From NCBI GenBank assembly GCA_964493145.1, contig CAZBMV010000001.1, positions 169,812-233,811 of the forward strand: a DNA stretch of 64,000 nt, in the 5' to 3' direction. This stretch comes from an uncultured Candidatus Saccharibacteria bacterium (GTDB lineage Bacteria; Patescibacteriota; Minisyncoccia; Phycocordibacterales; UBA918). The translations under genes and the position numbers were made by a program. This document shows positions 9,594-18,965 of this stretch, one piece after another (the stretch's first letter is position 1; every line of letters starts with the position of its first letter). The notes under the pieces were generated by a model, which searched no databases, was not told where the DNA came from, and saw only the letters and a program-made list of their open reading frames with translations.

Positions 9594-9914
9594 ATGGCGA
9601 AACAGAAAGGTATTTGTGCTGGCGGGAAAGTGACAGGAAGCCACACAACAGTTGTTCCGGCAGCAAAGAAGGTGGTGGAAATCGCACATAAGTGCGATTG
9701 TGTTACAAAAATCGTCCTCGGATACATCAAGGCAGGACTTCCTTCAGCAAAAGGTCTTCGGAAGGTGAAGGTGTCGGAAAAAGAAGCGTGTCTTCTTTTC
9801 TCAGTGCGCGACAATACGACGCACCAAGAGATTTACGTCTACGGGAATAACCTTGTGCAGGCAAAAGAAGAAATAATGCACAATGTCCAAAAAGCGGGGT
9901 TTAAAATTCATTGA
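9594..9914 (+). CDS. DUF2103-like small basic protein
   Basis: GGKVTGSHTT...KIVLGYI pattern; SD AGGAGG. Confidence 0.55.
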   Translation: MAKQKGICAGGKVTGSHTTVVPAAKKVVEIAHKCDCVTKIVLGYIKAGLPSAKGLRKVKVSEKEACLLFSVRDNTTHQEIYVYGNNLVQAKEEIMHNVQKAGFKIH

Positions 9915-9953
9915 GTAGCAACCGGTGGTGACGTTTTTGTCACCACCGGTTTT

Positions 9954-10952
9954 TTAGTACCGCGGACGGCGACCATATCGTCGCGCAATGCGATAGATGA
10001 GAAATACGATACCGATGAGAAACACGAGCTCAATGAGAGCCGGTTGCCCGAGCGCGTGAGAGACAACCCAAAGTACAAACGTCCACAGGAGTGAAAGGAT
10101 GGACGCGACACTCGTGACAAATGCGCCGAGAATGCTCTGTTGCGTTTCAATCCTAGAGCGCGTTATGGTTGCGGCATCATTTCCTCCCACCGCACTCGTT
10201 GTTGCGATGCTTCCATTCGCCTTGCTGCCTATCGCCTCATTGCGCTCACGACGATACTCATCAAGCGCTGTTTTTGCATTCTCAATCTTGTCGGTCGCAT
10301 TTCCGAGAAGTGTGTCTGTCGTTCCTGCGGCAAGGTAGCGTTCAAGCCCGCGCTCCGGTTCGGTCAGAGACGTTTCAGATTTTGTTTTTACTTCAGCAGG
10401 TGCTTCCTCCACCTCTTCTTTTTCCGGTTCTACTCTCGTAGCGGTTTGCGCGACGAGAGGATTGCTCCCACGCTCCCTCTCATCTTCATCCGAGACACCG
10501 TCGTTGTCGTCGTCAGTGTCGGTCATGTTTCCCACACCGTCTCTGTCGGTATCGGTATCAATGGAGAGCGAATCGTCAATTGTTATTCCCGCGACATCAA
10601 GGGGCTGCGTTCCACCGCCGATGATATGGAGTGTCGCATCGGTTACCTGCGCGGTGATTGCATGCTCACCTTCCGTCGGTACCCAATCCACCCACGCCTC
10701 AACGAGTCGTCCCGAGAGTGCGCGTATCTCAGATGAACCGATACGCTTGCCGTTGTCGGCAAAACGAACGGTTCCGGTGAGGTCGTGCGGTGTGTTGTTG
10801 CGTACCGCTACGTATATACGCGTGGGGACACCGGTAAACACCGGTTCGGAAGAATACCAGAGGCCTTGTACGAATCCCGCATTGAGTTCACTTGAAAAAG
10901 CGAGCGCAGGGAAGAATAGTAAAAGCGCGAAAAGAAAAAAGGTCTGTCGCAT
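9954..10952 (-). CDS. Secreted, membrane-anchored protein with an Ig-like domain and thrombospondin type-3-like Ca-binding repeats
   Basis: Signal peptide, DTDTDRDGVGNMTDTDDDNDGVSD repeats, C-terminal TM helices. Confidence 0.7.
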   Translation of the reverse strand: MRQTFFLFALLLFFPALAFSSELNAGFVQGLWYSSEPVFTGVPTRIYVAVRNNTPHDLTGTVRFADNGKRIGSSEIRALSGRLVEAWVDWVPTEGEHAITAQVTDATLHIIGGGTQPLDVAGITIDDSLSIDTDTDRDGVGNMTDTDDDNDGVSDEDERERGSNPLVAQTATRVEPEKEEVEEAPAEVKTKSETSLTEPERGLERYLAAGTTDTLLGNATDKIENAKTALDEYRRERNEAIGSKANGSIATTSAVGGNDAATITRSRIETQQSILGAFVTSVASILSLLWTFVLWVVSHALGQPALIELVFLIGIVFLIYRIARRYGRRPRY

Positions 10953-11021
10953 ATCTCTATTATCTCATACGGAAAAAAGAAAACACCTCGGAATATTCCG
11001 AGGTGCGTGGTATGTGTCGTG

Positions 11022-11408
11022 TTACATCATGAGCCCTCTCCCGAATGGGCTCTTTTGTATATCCAGCGCTTCTTTGGGGAGCGGCTTAATCCACCGTTCC
11101 CAGTGCTTTTTGACCGGGAGTAGCACCGCTTTGTTTTTACAGTTGACTCCGCGAGCAAATTTTTCACCGTCCTTCCACCAATATGTTTGCCCGGATGTAT
11201 CGTGGGGGCACGGTGAGTTTGCGGTGAAAAGCAAGTCCTTTCCGACCGTGATGAGCACGATTGTCTCGTGTCGTCCGACCCCCCTGATCTCAAGAATCCA
11301 CGAGTGGTCGTTTATCTGCTCCCACGGGGAGTCATTTTTATTCACCTGTGCTGTTGTAACTCCTGAAATGAAAAAGAACGTCAGAAAAACAAAAAAGCGC
11401 CAACTCAT
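11022..11408 (-). CDS. Hypothetical secreted protein
   Basis: Signal-peptide-like N-terminus; SD AAGGAGG. Confidence 0.55.
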   Translation of the reverse strand: MSWRFFVFLTFFFISGVTTAQVNKNDSPWEQINDHSWILEIRGVGRHETIVLITVGKDLLFTANSPCPHDTSGQTYWWKDGEKFARGVNCKNKAVLLPVKKHWERWIKPLPKEALDIQKSPFGRGLMM

Positions 11409-11666
11409 GGCAACCCCTCCTTAAGTTATCACGGACAATGCAATCTGCATTATACCATATTTTATATAGTTTTCAAACCAAGACCTTTTGCGCGCAATAC
11501 AATTGCTTCGTGAGAATAAATATCGTATAGTATCCGCCATTAGGCCGCATCGGCCTTTTCTTTTCTTGTCTTGGCGGTTTTCCGCACGCGAAAAGGGGAG
11601 ATCAATCAAAACGTATTATTCATTTTGGTTTTATTAATAACATTCTGATTTCAGAACATATCCAAG

Positions 11667-11730
11667 ATTCTGGTCTCAGTATTTAACATTGACATTCTGG
11701 TTTCAGAATTCATTATTTAAGATTCATATT
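11667..11730 (+). repeat. Leader element upstream of fusA, nearly identical to the rplT leader
   Basis: ATTCTGGTCTCAGTATTTAACATTGACATTCTGGTTTCAGAATT matches the reverse complement of 40143-40186 with 2 mismatches. Confidence 0.85.
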
Positions 11731-13905
11731 ATGGCCCGGGCATTTCCATTACATAAACTTCGCAACTTCGGTATCGTCGCGCACGTGGACGCAGGAAAGA
11801 CGACGACGTCTGAGCGTGTTCTCTTTTACACCGGCATGAGCCACAAAATTGGCGAGGTGCACGATGGCGCTACGGTGACCGACTGGATGGAACAGGAACG
11901 TGAACGCGGTATCACGATTACCGCCGCCGCGATCTCATGCAACTGGACACCATCCCTCATTGCCGATCGCAACAATGATGAACTCAAGTACACGTTCAAC
12001 ATTATTGATACCCCCGGACACATTGACTTCACCGCAGAGGTAAAGCGCTCAATGCGCGTGCTTGACGGCGCAGTCGTCGTCTTTGACGGCGTTGCGGGCG
12101 TAGAGCCACAATCAGAGACCAACTGGCGTTACGCAGACGAGGCGAACGTGCCACGTATCTGCTACATCAACAAGATGGACCGTACCGGTGCCGACTTTGA
12201 GCGTTCGTACGCGTCAATTCTCGCACGTCTCTCACCAAAGGCGGTTCGGTTTCAGATTCCATGGGGATCGGAAGACCAACTCAAGGGTGTGATTGACCTC
12301 CTCAAGATGAAGGCGTACACCTTTGAAGGTGAAATGGGAATGAAGGTTACCGAACATGAGATTCCCGAAGAACTCAAGGCAACTGCAGAAAAATACCACG
12401 CAGAACTCGTTGAGCGGATTGTTGAGCACGATGATGTACAGATGAATGCGTACCTTGAGGGTACGATTCCGAGTTACGAAGAACTCAAAGCAACGCTTCG
12501 CAAGGCGGTTATTGCGAACCAGATTTTCCCCGTTATGACCGGTTCATCTCTCAAGAATGTCGGAGTTCAACTTATTCTTGATGCCGTCGTCGATTACCTT
12601 CCGTCACCCGTTGACCTTCCTCCGGTGAAGGGGACAAATCCCGATACCGACGCAGAGGAGACTCGTGAAGCATCCGACGACGCACCGTTCTGTGCTCTCG
12701 CATTCAAACTTCAAACCGACCCATTCGTTGGTCAGCTCACCTTCTTCCGCGTGTACTCCGGTACGGTGAAAGCGGGAAGTTACATTTACAACGCAACGAC
12801 AGGCGAGAAGGAGCGTCTCGGTCGCATTGTGCGCCTCATGGCAGACAAGCGAACAGAGATTGAAGAGGTGTACGCAGGCGAAATTGCAGCGGGGGTGGGA
12901 CTTAAGGATGTGAAAACTTCACATACGCTCTGCGCTGAAGATAAACCAATCATTCTTGAACAGATCACCTTCCCCGAACCGGTGGTGTCAATGCGTATTG
13001 AGCCAAAGACAAAGAACGACCAGGAGAAGATGGGTATGGCAATGAAGAAGCTCTCAGATGAGGACCCAACGTTCAAGGTATCAACAGACGAAGAGACGCT
13101 CGAGACTATCATTTCAGGTATGGGTGAACTTCACCTTGAGATCATCGTTGATCGCATGAAGCGTGAGTTCGGCGTTGAGGCAAATGTTGGCAAACCACAG
13201 GTGGCGTACCGTGAGACCATTCAACGTCCTGCTGAGGCGGAGTACAAGTACATTAAGCAGTCAGGAGGTAAGGGTCAGTACGGTCACGTGAAGATTCGCA
13301 TTAAGCCGATGGAACCGCTTGAACTTGAAGAAGGAAAATCAATTCCAAAGAACATCACCCGTGAGGAACACTTTGAGTTCGTGAACAACATCAAGGGAGG
13401 TGTTATCCCGAACGAGTACATTCCTGCGGTCATGAAGGGGTGTAAGGAGGCGATGGCACGAGGATTTGTTGCCGGCTACAAAATGGAAGATATCAGTGTA
13501 GAACTCTACGACGGTACGTACCACGAAGTGGACTCATCCGAAATCGCCTTTAAGCTTGCCGCCATTCACGCGTTCAAAGAAGCAGCAAAACAGGCGGGTG
13601 CGGTGCTCCTTGAACCAATTATGAAGGTTGAGGTTACGACACCGGAGAAGTTCATGGGTGACGTGAACGGCAACATTAGTTCAAAGCGAGGACTCGTGGA
13701 GGGTATGGACGATCGTGGTATGGCGAAAGTCGTTCACGCGAAAGTTCCGCTTTCAGAAATGTTCGGGTACACGACTGCACTTCGCTCTATGACCGAAGGA
13801 CGTGCGTCCATGACGATGGAATTTGATCACTACGATGTCGTCCCACCAAACGTCGCCGCAGAAATTAAAAAAATGCGTGGCGTAAAGGAGGTTGAGGAAG
13901 AATAA
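11731..13905 (+). CDS. fusA: Elongation factor G
   Basis: AHVDAGKTT, RGITI, DTPGH, NKMD and GMGELHL motifs. Confidence 0.99.
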   Translation: MARAFPLHKLRNFGIVAHVDAGKTTTSERVLFYTGMSHKIGEVHDGATVTDWMEQERERGITITAAAISCNWTPSLIADRNNDELKYTFNIIDTPGHIDFTAEVKRSMRVLDGAVVVFDGVAGVEPQSETNWRYADEANVPRICYINKMDRTGADFERSYASILARLSPKAVRFQIPWGSEDQLKGVIDLLKMKAYTFEGEMGMKVTEHEIPEELKATAEKYHAELVERIVEHDDVQMNAYLEGTIPSYEELKATLRKAVIANQIFPVMTGSSLKNVGVQLILDAVVDYLPSPVDLPPVKGTNPDTDAEETREASDDAPFCALAFKLQTDPFVGQLTFFRVYSGTVKAGSYIYNATTGEKERLGRIVRLMADKRTEIEEVYAGEIAAGVGLKDVKTSHTLCAEDKPIILEQITFPEPVVSMRIEPKTKNDQEKMGMAMKKLSDEDPTFKVSTDEETLETIISGMGELHLEIIVDRMKREFGVEANVGKPQVAYRETIQRPAEAEYKYIKQSGGKGQYGHVKIRIKPMEPLELEEGKSIPKNITREEHFEFVNNIKGGVIPNEYIPAVMKGCKEAMARGFVAGYKMEDISVELYDGTYHEVDSSEIAFKLAAIHAFKEAAKQAGAVLLEPIMKVEVTTPEKFMGDVNGNISSKRGLVEGMDDRGMAKVVHAKVPLSEMFGYTTALRSMTEGRASMTMEFDHYDVVPPNVAAEIKKMRGVKEVEEE

Positions 13906-13954
13906 AGAAAGGTATAAGCAAAAACAAAAAAAGAGTGTCGCAAGACACTCTTTT

Positions 13955-14010
13955 TACTAGTTCGTCCAGAATGCCCCGTACCGTTAGGGCGGGGATGAAT
14001 GGACATGAAA
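13955..14010. repeat. Dispersed hairpin element, copy 1 (resembles an IS200/IS605 end or REP)
   Basis: TACTAGTTCGTCCAGAATGCCCCG...CGGGGATGAATGGACATGAAA; homolog at 33930-33987. Confidence 0.75.
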
Positions 14011-14110
14011 GTGGTAATGGCGGAGCCATTTCTCCTGCTAGCAAAAACGCCCCGGTTCCGCCCGCGTAATGCCCCGAGCGTGAGCTCGGGGGTAGCGAGG
14101 CGGACGTTTT

Positions 14111-14158
14111 TACATACTCACAAATCATTCGTTTAAACGAATGATTTGTGAGTATGTA
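14111..14158. repeat. Perfect 48-bp palindrome
   Basis: TACATACTCACAAATCATTCGTTT/AAACGAATGATTTGTGAGTATGTA. Confidence 0.9.
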
Positions 14159-14202
14159 TTATAAAAAACACCCGCGCGAAGCGCGGGTGTTCGGTGTATT
14201 AC

Positions 14203-14601
14203 CTAGTGGTGTTCCATATGGTGCTTGTGCTTGAGGAGCGTCCCCTTAATGCTGAAGACCACCTCAACGCGACTGTACTCACTGATTCTGCAAACCTCTG
14301 GCAAAAACATGACATTCTTTGTACCTTGTGGCAGGTACCTGCCGGCCATTCCTACGAGTCTTCGTTTACACAATTTTTCCAAATCGTGGATGGTGTCTCG
14401 TGTGAGACTCATACTCGGAAGATCGTCAACATTAAACGATTTGCCACTTTCAGTGCTTACTCGCAAGCGAACAGCCACTTCTGAAATATTTAGATTTACA
14501 TCATGTTGGTGTAGTGGTGACGTGGGTTCAACCCACACCTGAACGAAGTTGATGTTATCCAAGAACATGCGTCCAAGGAACGGAACAGCATTGGTATTCA
14601 T
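14203..14601 (-). CDS. Hypothetical orphan protein
   Basis: 132-aa ORF with a GAAAGG SD-like site, extended -10 and downstream hairpin terminator. Confidence 0.5.
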   Translation of the reverse strand: MNTNAVPFLGRMFLDNINFVQVWVEPTSPLHQHDVNLNISEVAVRLRVSTESGKSFNVDDLPSMSLTRDTIHDLEKLCKRRLVGMAGRYLPQGTKNVMFLPEVCRISEYSRVEVVFSIKGTLLKHKHHMEHH

Positions 14602-14697
14602 TCAAAATTTCCTTTCAAGGTTACAAATCTGCGCATACCATACCACACGGAAACATAAAGAAAAGCCCTGCGTACACGCAGGGCTTCCAAAAAGAAC

Positions 14698-15183
14698 TCA
14701 ATCGTTTGCACCGTCCTCATGTCGCTGGTGCCTCCGCCAGAGCTCACGTACCTCGGCGACGAGAATATCCGGTTTGAGCGAATGTTCCGTAATGTCGCGG
14801 ACAAGGCCATCGGGACCGAAGAGGTCTCGGTGACCGATGCAGAAGAGAACCAGAGGCGGGGTAATGCCGGTATGGGCAGGTGAAAATTCAAGTTCAAAAA
14901 CACATTTTGCATCATGGGCAGTCAGTTCCGGAAGAAATTCCGTGATGATGTTTTGCGTGTTTTCAACGATGAAATTGATAATATCGCCGATACCCTTTCC
15001 CGAGGCGTGGTACTCATCCCACGTGGTGAAGATTTTTGCCGGTGTCGCAATGAAGTGTTTGAGGGGGAGCGCGCTCCTCCTCCGCACCATTGCAACCGTT
15101 TGGCTTTCTTGCCATACACGAATCTTAAAATCTGCGTGATTCATGTGCCCCAAAGGAGCAACGTCGTTTTCTTTGGACTGCAT
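14698..15183 (-). CDS. Hypothetical orphan protein
   Basis: SD AGGAGG, TTGACG-17-TATTGT promoter, terminator at about 14662-14687. Confidence 0.6.
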   Translation of the reverse strand: MQSKENDVAPLGHMNHADFKIRVWQESQTVAMVRRRSALPLKHFIATPAKIFTTWDEYHASGKGIGDIINFIVENTQNIITEFLPELTAHDAKCVFELEFSPAHTGITPPLVLFCIGHRDLFGPDGLVRDITEHSLKPDILVAEVRELWRRHQRHEDGAND

Positions 15184-15303
15184 ACGTCCTCCTAAAAAAG
15201 AACCACTCATGCCAACCATGAGTATGTGCACACAATACAAAATCGTGCTCTCCTCGTCAAAGAAAAAGACCCGCCGAAGCAGGTCTTTGTGTGTGACGAA
15301 CGT

Positions 15304-15771
15304 TCAGTGAACCCTCGTGATGGTGAGCTCCACGACGCGAAGCAACTTCCCGTCAGGAGTTGCGCTCCGTGGGTCTGACACGAACTTGTGTCCTCGTGAC
15401 GTATCAATATACTTCGTGATACGGAACTGAAAACAGTACCCGTTCTCCACGACCGTCGCCTTTGCGTTGAGGTCGCCCCCAACCGCACCTCCGAGAAGGG
15501 TAGCAACACGACCGAGGAGATCAAAATCGTTCGTGGTGCGTAGAAACTCACGGCGTCTGTTGCGGTCGTCAACTTCGTTTCCGCATTCTCCACGCACATC
15601 AGTGTGCACGTGGAGGATGCCGTACGAACCGCTTGCGGTTCCGAGCCCGTAGTGTACCGGCTGTGTAAAACTCTCCACCAGCACACTATGGAACATGTCC
15701 TCCATGAGCGCATGTCGTACGCAATCAAGAAAAACCTTCTTGTTTTCTTTTGCTATTTTTTCAATGCCCAC
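15304..15771 (-). CDS. Hypothetical orphan protein
   Basis: GTG start with SD AAAGGAG; downstream hairpin terminator. Confidence 0.55.
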   Translation of the reverse strand: MGIEKIAKENKKVFLDCVRHALMEDMFHSVLVESFTQPVHYGLGTASGSYGILHVHTDVRGECGNEVDDRNRRREFLRTTNDFDLLGRVATLLGGAVGGDLNAKATVVENGYCFQFRITKYIDTSRGHKFVSDPRSATPDGKLLRVVELTITRVH

Positions 15772-16081
15772 TCAAAACTCCTTTCGTTTTAAAGACCAAT
15801 ACTTCTCGGCGGAAATTTCCACCGAAGCCGCTCTAATTAACCAGATAAGATGTTGTTTGTCAACAGGAGCATTATCTTGCAAAAAATATACCGTTCTTGT
15901 ACTATTGCGGTCACCGCACCAGAGTCTTCGTGATTTTGGTTGAGGGAGTTTTTGCTCTTTTTGACATGCAACTCCTCGGCACATAGAGGTAAGGCGGCGT
16001 TCTCGCGCCCTTTCCCCTGCGTACCACAGGAGTGCTTCTTTTATTTTCATATAAAGGGAGTCGCCGTGTGCGGAATATTAT

Positions 16082-16170
16082 TACTAGTATCATAGTACCA
16101 AGCACTTAGTACTTAGTTTTTCTAAAGTGAAAAACCACTAAGTACTTAGTACTAAGAACTAACTAACTAA
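16082..16170. repeat. Heptamer (CTTAGTA/ACTAAGT) tandem and inverted repeats in the tuf leader
   Basis: CACTTAGTACTTAGT...ACTAAGTACTTAGTACTAAGAACTAACTAACTAA. Confidence 0.7.
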
Positions 16171-16177
16171 TTTTATT

Positions 16178-17368
16178 ATGGCAGATTTTGATCGTTCAAA
16201 GCCGCACGTAAACGTCGGTACCATTGGTCACGTTGACCACGGAAAGACGACGCTCACCGCGGCGATTCTCAACGTACTCCATGCCAAGGGCAACGGGTAC
16301 GGTGCAACAACCAAGGGTGTCGATGAAATCGACAAGGCTCCGGAGGAGAAGGCCCGCGGTATTACCATTTCACTCTCGCACTCTGAGTACGAGACACCAA
16401 ACCGTCACTACGCACACATTGACGCGCCGGGTCACGCCGACTACATCAAGAACATGATTACGGGTGCCGCACAGATGGACGGCGCAGTACTCGTCGTTGC
16501 CGCAACGGACGGCGCGATGCCTCAGACTCGTGAACACGTGCTCCTCGCAAAGCAGGTGGGTGTGCCACGCATTATTGTATTCCTCAACAAGTGCGACATG
16601 GTTGAAGACGAGGAAATGATTATGCTCGTTGAAGAGGAACTTCGTGAGCTTCTCACGAAGAACGGCTTCGATGGCGCAAATGCACCTATCATCAAGGGTT
16701 CAGGTCTCAAGGCGCTTGAGGATCCTTCATCAGAGTGGGGTCAGAAGGTTCTTGATCTCGTAGATGCAATGGACACGTACTTCCCGCTTCCGGAACGTGA
16801 TCTTGATAAGCCATTCCTTATGCCTATTGAGGACATCTTCTCAATTGAAGGTCGTGGTACGGTAGTTACCGGTCGCGTAGAGCGCGGTATCCTTAAGGTT
16901 GGTGATGAAGTTGAGATTGTCGGTATCAAGGATACTGCAGTCACGACGGTGACCGGCGTTGAGATGTTCAACAAATCACTTGATCAAGCACAGGCGGGAG
17001 ACAACGCAGGTATTCTCCTCCGCGGTACAAAGAAGGAAGACGTTCACCGTGGACAGGTACTCGCAAAGAAGGGTTCGGTAACACCTCACACAGAGTTTGA
17101 AGCGGAGGTGTACGTTCTCTCAAAGGATGAAGGAGGTCGTCACACACCATTCTTCACCGGATACAAGCCACAGTTCTACGTTCGTACAACAGACGTAACG
17201 GGAGATGTGACGCTCGCAGAGGGTGTAGAGATGGTTATGCCGGGCGATAATGCAAAGTTCAAAGTCAAACTCGTTGCACCTGTTGCACTTGAAGAGAAAC
17301 AGAACTTCGCGATTCGTGAGGGCGGTCGTACCGTTGGTGCGGGCGTTGTTACAAAGATCATTGCGTAG
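16178..17368 (+). CDS. tuf: Elongation factor Tu
   Basis: [22 protein letters not shown] and NKCD motifs. Confidence 0.99.
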   Translation: MADFDRSKPHVNVGTIGHVDHGKTTLTAAILNVLHAKGNGYGATTKGVDEIDKAPEEKARGITISLSHSEYETPNRHYAHIDAPGHADYIKNMITGAAQMDGAVLVVAATDGAMPQTREHVLLAKQVGVPRIIVFLNKCDMVEDEEMIMLVEEELRELLTKNGFDGANAPIIKGSGLKALEDPSSEWGQKVLDLVDAMDTYFPLPERDLDKPFLMPIEDIFSIEGRGTVVTGRVERGILKVGDEVEIVGIKDTAVTTVTGVEMFNKSLDQAQAGDNAGILLRGTKKEDVHRGQVLAKKGSVTPHTEFEAEVYVLSKDEGGRHTPFFTGYKPQFYVRTTDVTGDVTLAEGVEMVMPGDNAKFKVKLVAPVALEEKQNFAIREGGRTVGAGVVTKIIA

Positions 17369-17401
17369 TCATAAGTCAATTAGTTAGAAACACGAAGCAC
17401 C

Positions 17402-17767
17402 ATGACAACAAAATCATCAGCCGAGCCAAAAAAGGCTAAGCGGGCGAGTGCCCAAGGAGACGCCCAAAAACTTCGGATTCGTGTTCGTGCGTACGAGCAC
17501 AAGATTCTTGATACGTCGGTGAAGCAGATTATTGACACCGCGATGCGTTTTGACGCAAAGGTTGTCGGTCCCATTCCGCTTCCAACCGAAATCAAGAAGT
17601 ACACTGTGAACCGCTCAACATTCGTTCATAAGGATGCGCGAGAACAGTTTGAGATGAGAATGCACAAGCGGGTCATAGACATCCTAAACCCGGGCGCAAA
17701 AGTTATTGAGGCACTCACCAATCTCTCACTCCCTTCAGGAGTCAGTATTGATGTGAAGATGGTCTAA
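17402..17767 (+). CDS. rpsJ: 30S ribosomal protein S10
   Basis: GPIPLPT and REQFEMRMHKR motifs. Confidence 0.97.
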   Translation: MTTKSSAEPKKAKRASAQGDAQKLRIRVRAYEHKILDTSVKQIIDTAMRFDAKVVGPIPLPTEIKKYTVNRSTFVHKDAREQFEMRMHKRVIDILNPGAKVIEALTNLSLPSGVSIDVKMV

Positions 17768-17794
17768 CCGACCACGTACGTTGTCAGGTTCTAC

Positions 17795-17825
17795 AAACCG
17801 CGCGCCCTACGGGCGCGCGGTTTTC
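17795..17825 (+). terminator. Intrinsic terminator after rpsJ
   Basis: AAACCGCGCGCCC-TAC-GGGCGCGCGGTTTT. Confidence 0.8.
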
Positions 17826-18141
17826 GTATAAAAAGAAACCGCACATGTTTATGTGCGGCGGTGTTCACCATTTGTTACTTCTTCTGCATGGCGTGCGCAA
17901 TCGCGCCCTCATATTCCGGCTCTTTTTATCAAGCGGGTATGGTGTTCTTCCTCTTTTTCCATTCGCTTTCCTCATTATAGTTCCGACGTGGCGAGATGCG
18001 GGCAGTCCGGCAGACAGTACGAATGTGAGCAAGAAGGAGTGAAACAGCGGTCGTCGAGGCATATCGTTTCTCCGTGTGAACAATCCGCGCATGTTATAGC
18101 AGAGAATATGTCATTGGGAAAGGGTGGGGTTATTCAACATA

Positions 18142-18316
18142 TTGCATTTCCAATCATTTCCTGTATACTCACGCGAGCTTTTTAAGACCTACGTACCCGT
18201 ACAAGGCCGGACCTTGTACGGAGACCAATGGGCACAAAACCGCGATTTTTACCTGCGGACCTTGTGTCTGCGTATGTGAAAATCGCGGTTTTGTTTTTAC
18301 CTCGGTCATAAAAGCA
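18142..18316 (+). promoter_or_regulatory. Promoter and structured leader of rplC
   Basis: TTGCAT-16-TATACT; stems 18197-18206/18212-18221 and 18234-18249/18279-18294; closing stem. Confidence 0.6.
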
Positions 18317-18339
18317 TTTATTAGTTAGTTTCAAGATAA

Positions 18340-18960
18340 GTGAAATTTATTTTAGGAACGAAGGAGCGCATGACTCAAGTGTTTGATACACGAGGTGTTG
18401 CGCACCCCGTCACGATTCTCCGTGTCACTCCTGCAAAAGTCACGCAGGTTCGCACGAAGGAGAAAGACGGGTACGAGGCCGTACAGATTGCTTCCGGTGC
18501 TCAGAAGAGCCACCGTGTGACCAAGGCACAAATAGGTCACTTGGGCGGAGCGTACCAAAATGTTGTGGAATTCAGGCCGCGAACAGGTACGGATGAATCT
18601 GTGTCAGGGTTCACGAAGGACGCATCACTTGACGTCTCTGTCTTTGCAGAAGGGGACTCGGTTTCTGTCTCTGCAATTTCAAAGGGTAAGGGTTTTCAGG
18701 GTTGTGTGAAACGCCATGGTTTCGCCGGAGGCCGTGCAAGTCACGGTAACAAAGACATGCTCCGCGCACCGGGTTCTATCGGTGCCACGGGCGCACAGCG
18801 CGTCTTCAAGGGGCTCCGCATGGCGGGGCGCATGGGGGGCGAGCGCATCACGGTGAAAAATTTAACGGTTGTCGCAGTCAACAAGGATGAAAACATCCTC
18901 CTTGTGTCGGGTGCGGTGCCGGGTCGACGAGGAACATTAGTAGAGGTTCGTAGCGTATAA
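18340..18960 (+). CDS. rplC: 50S ribosomal protein L3
   Basis: SKGKGFQG, RAPGSIG and MAGRMG motifs. Confidence 0.97.
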   Translation: MKFILGTKERMTQVFDTRGVAHPVTILRVTPAKVTQVRTKEKDGYEAVQIASGAQKSHRVTKAQIGHLGGAYQNVVEFRPRTGTDESVSGFTKDASLDVSVFAEGDSVSVSAISKGKGFQGCVKRHGFAGGRASHGNKDMLRAPGSIGATGAQRVFKGLRMAGRMGGERITVKNLTVVAVNKDENILLVSGAVPGRRGTLVEVRSV

Positions 18961-18965
18961 ACAAC

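Noticed and set aside
14160-15800. Integron cassette array
   Set aside because: The hairpins are simple terminators without recognisable RYYYAAC/GTTRRRY attC boxes, and no integrase is seen.
17845-18185. Small overlapping ORFs between rpsJ and rplC
   Set aside because: No motif, SD or consistent frame supports any one of them.
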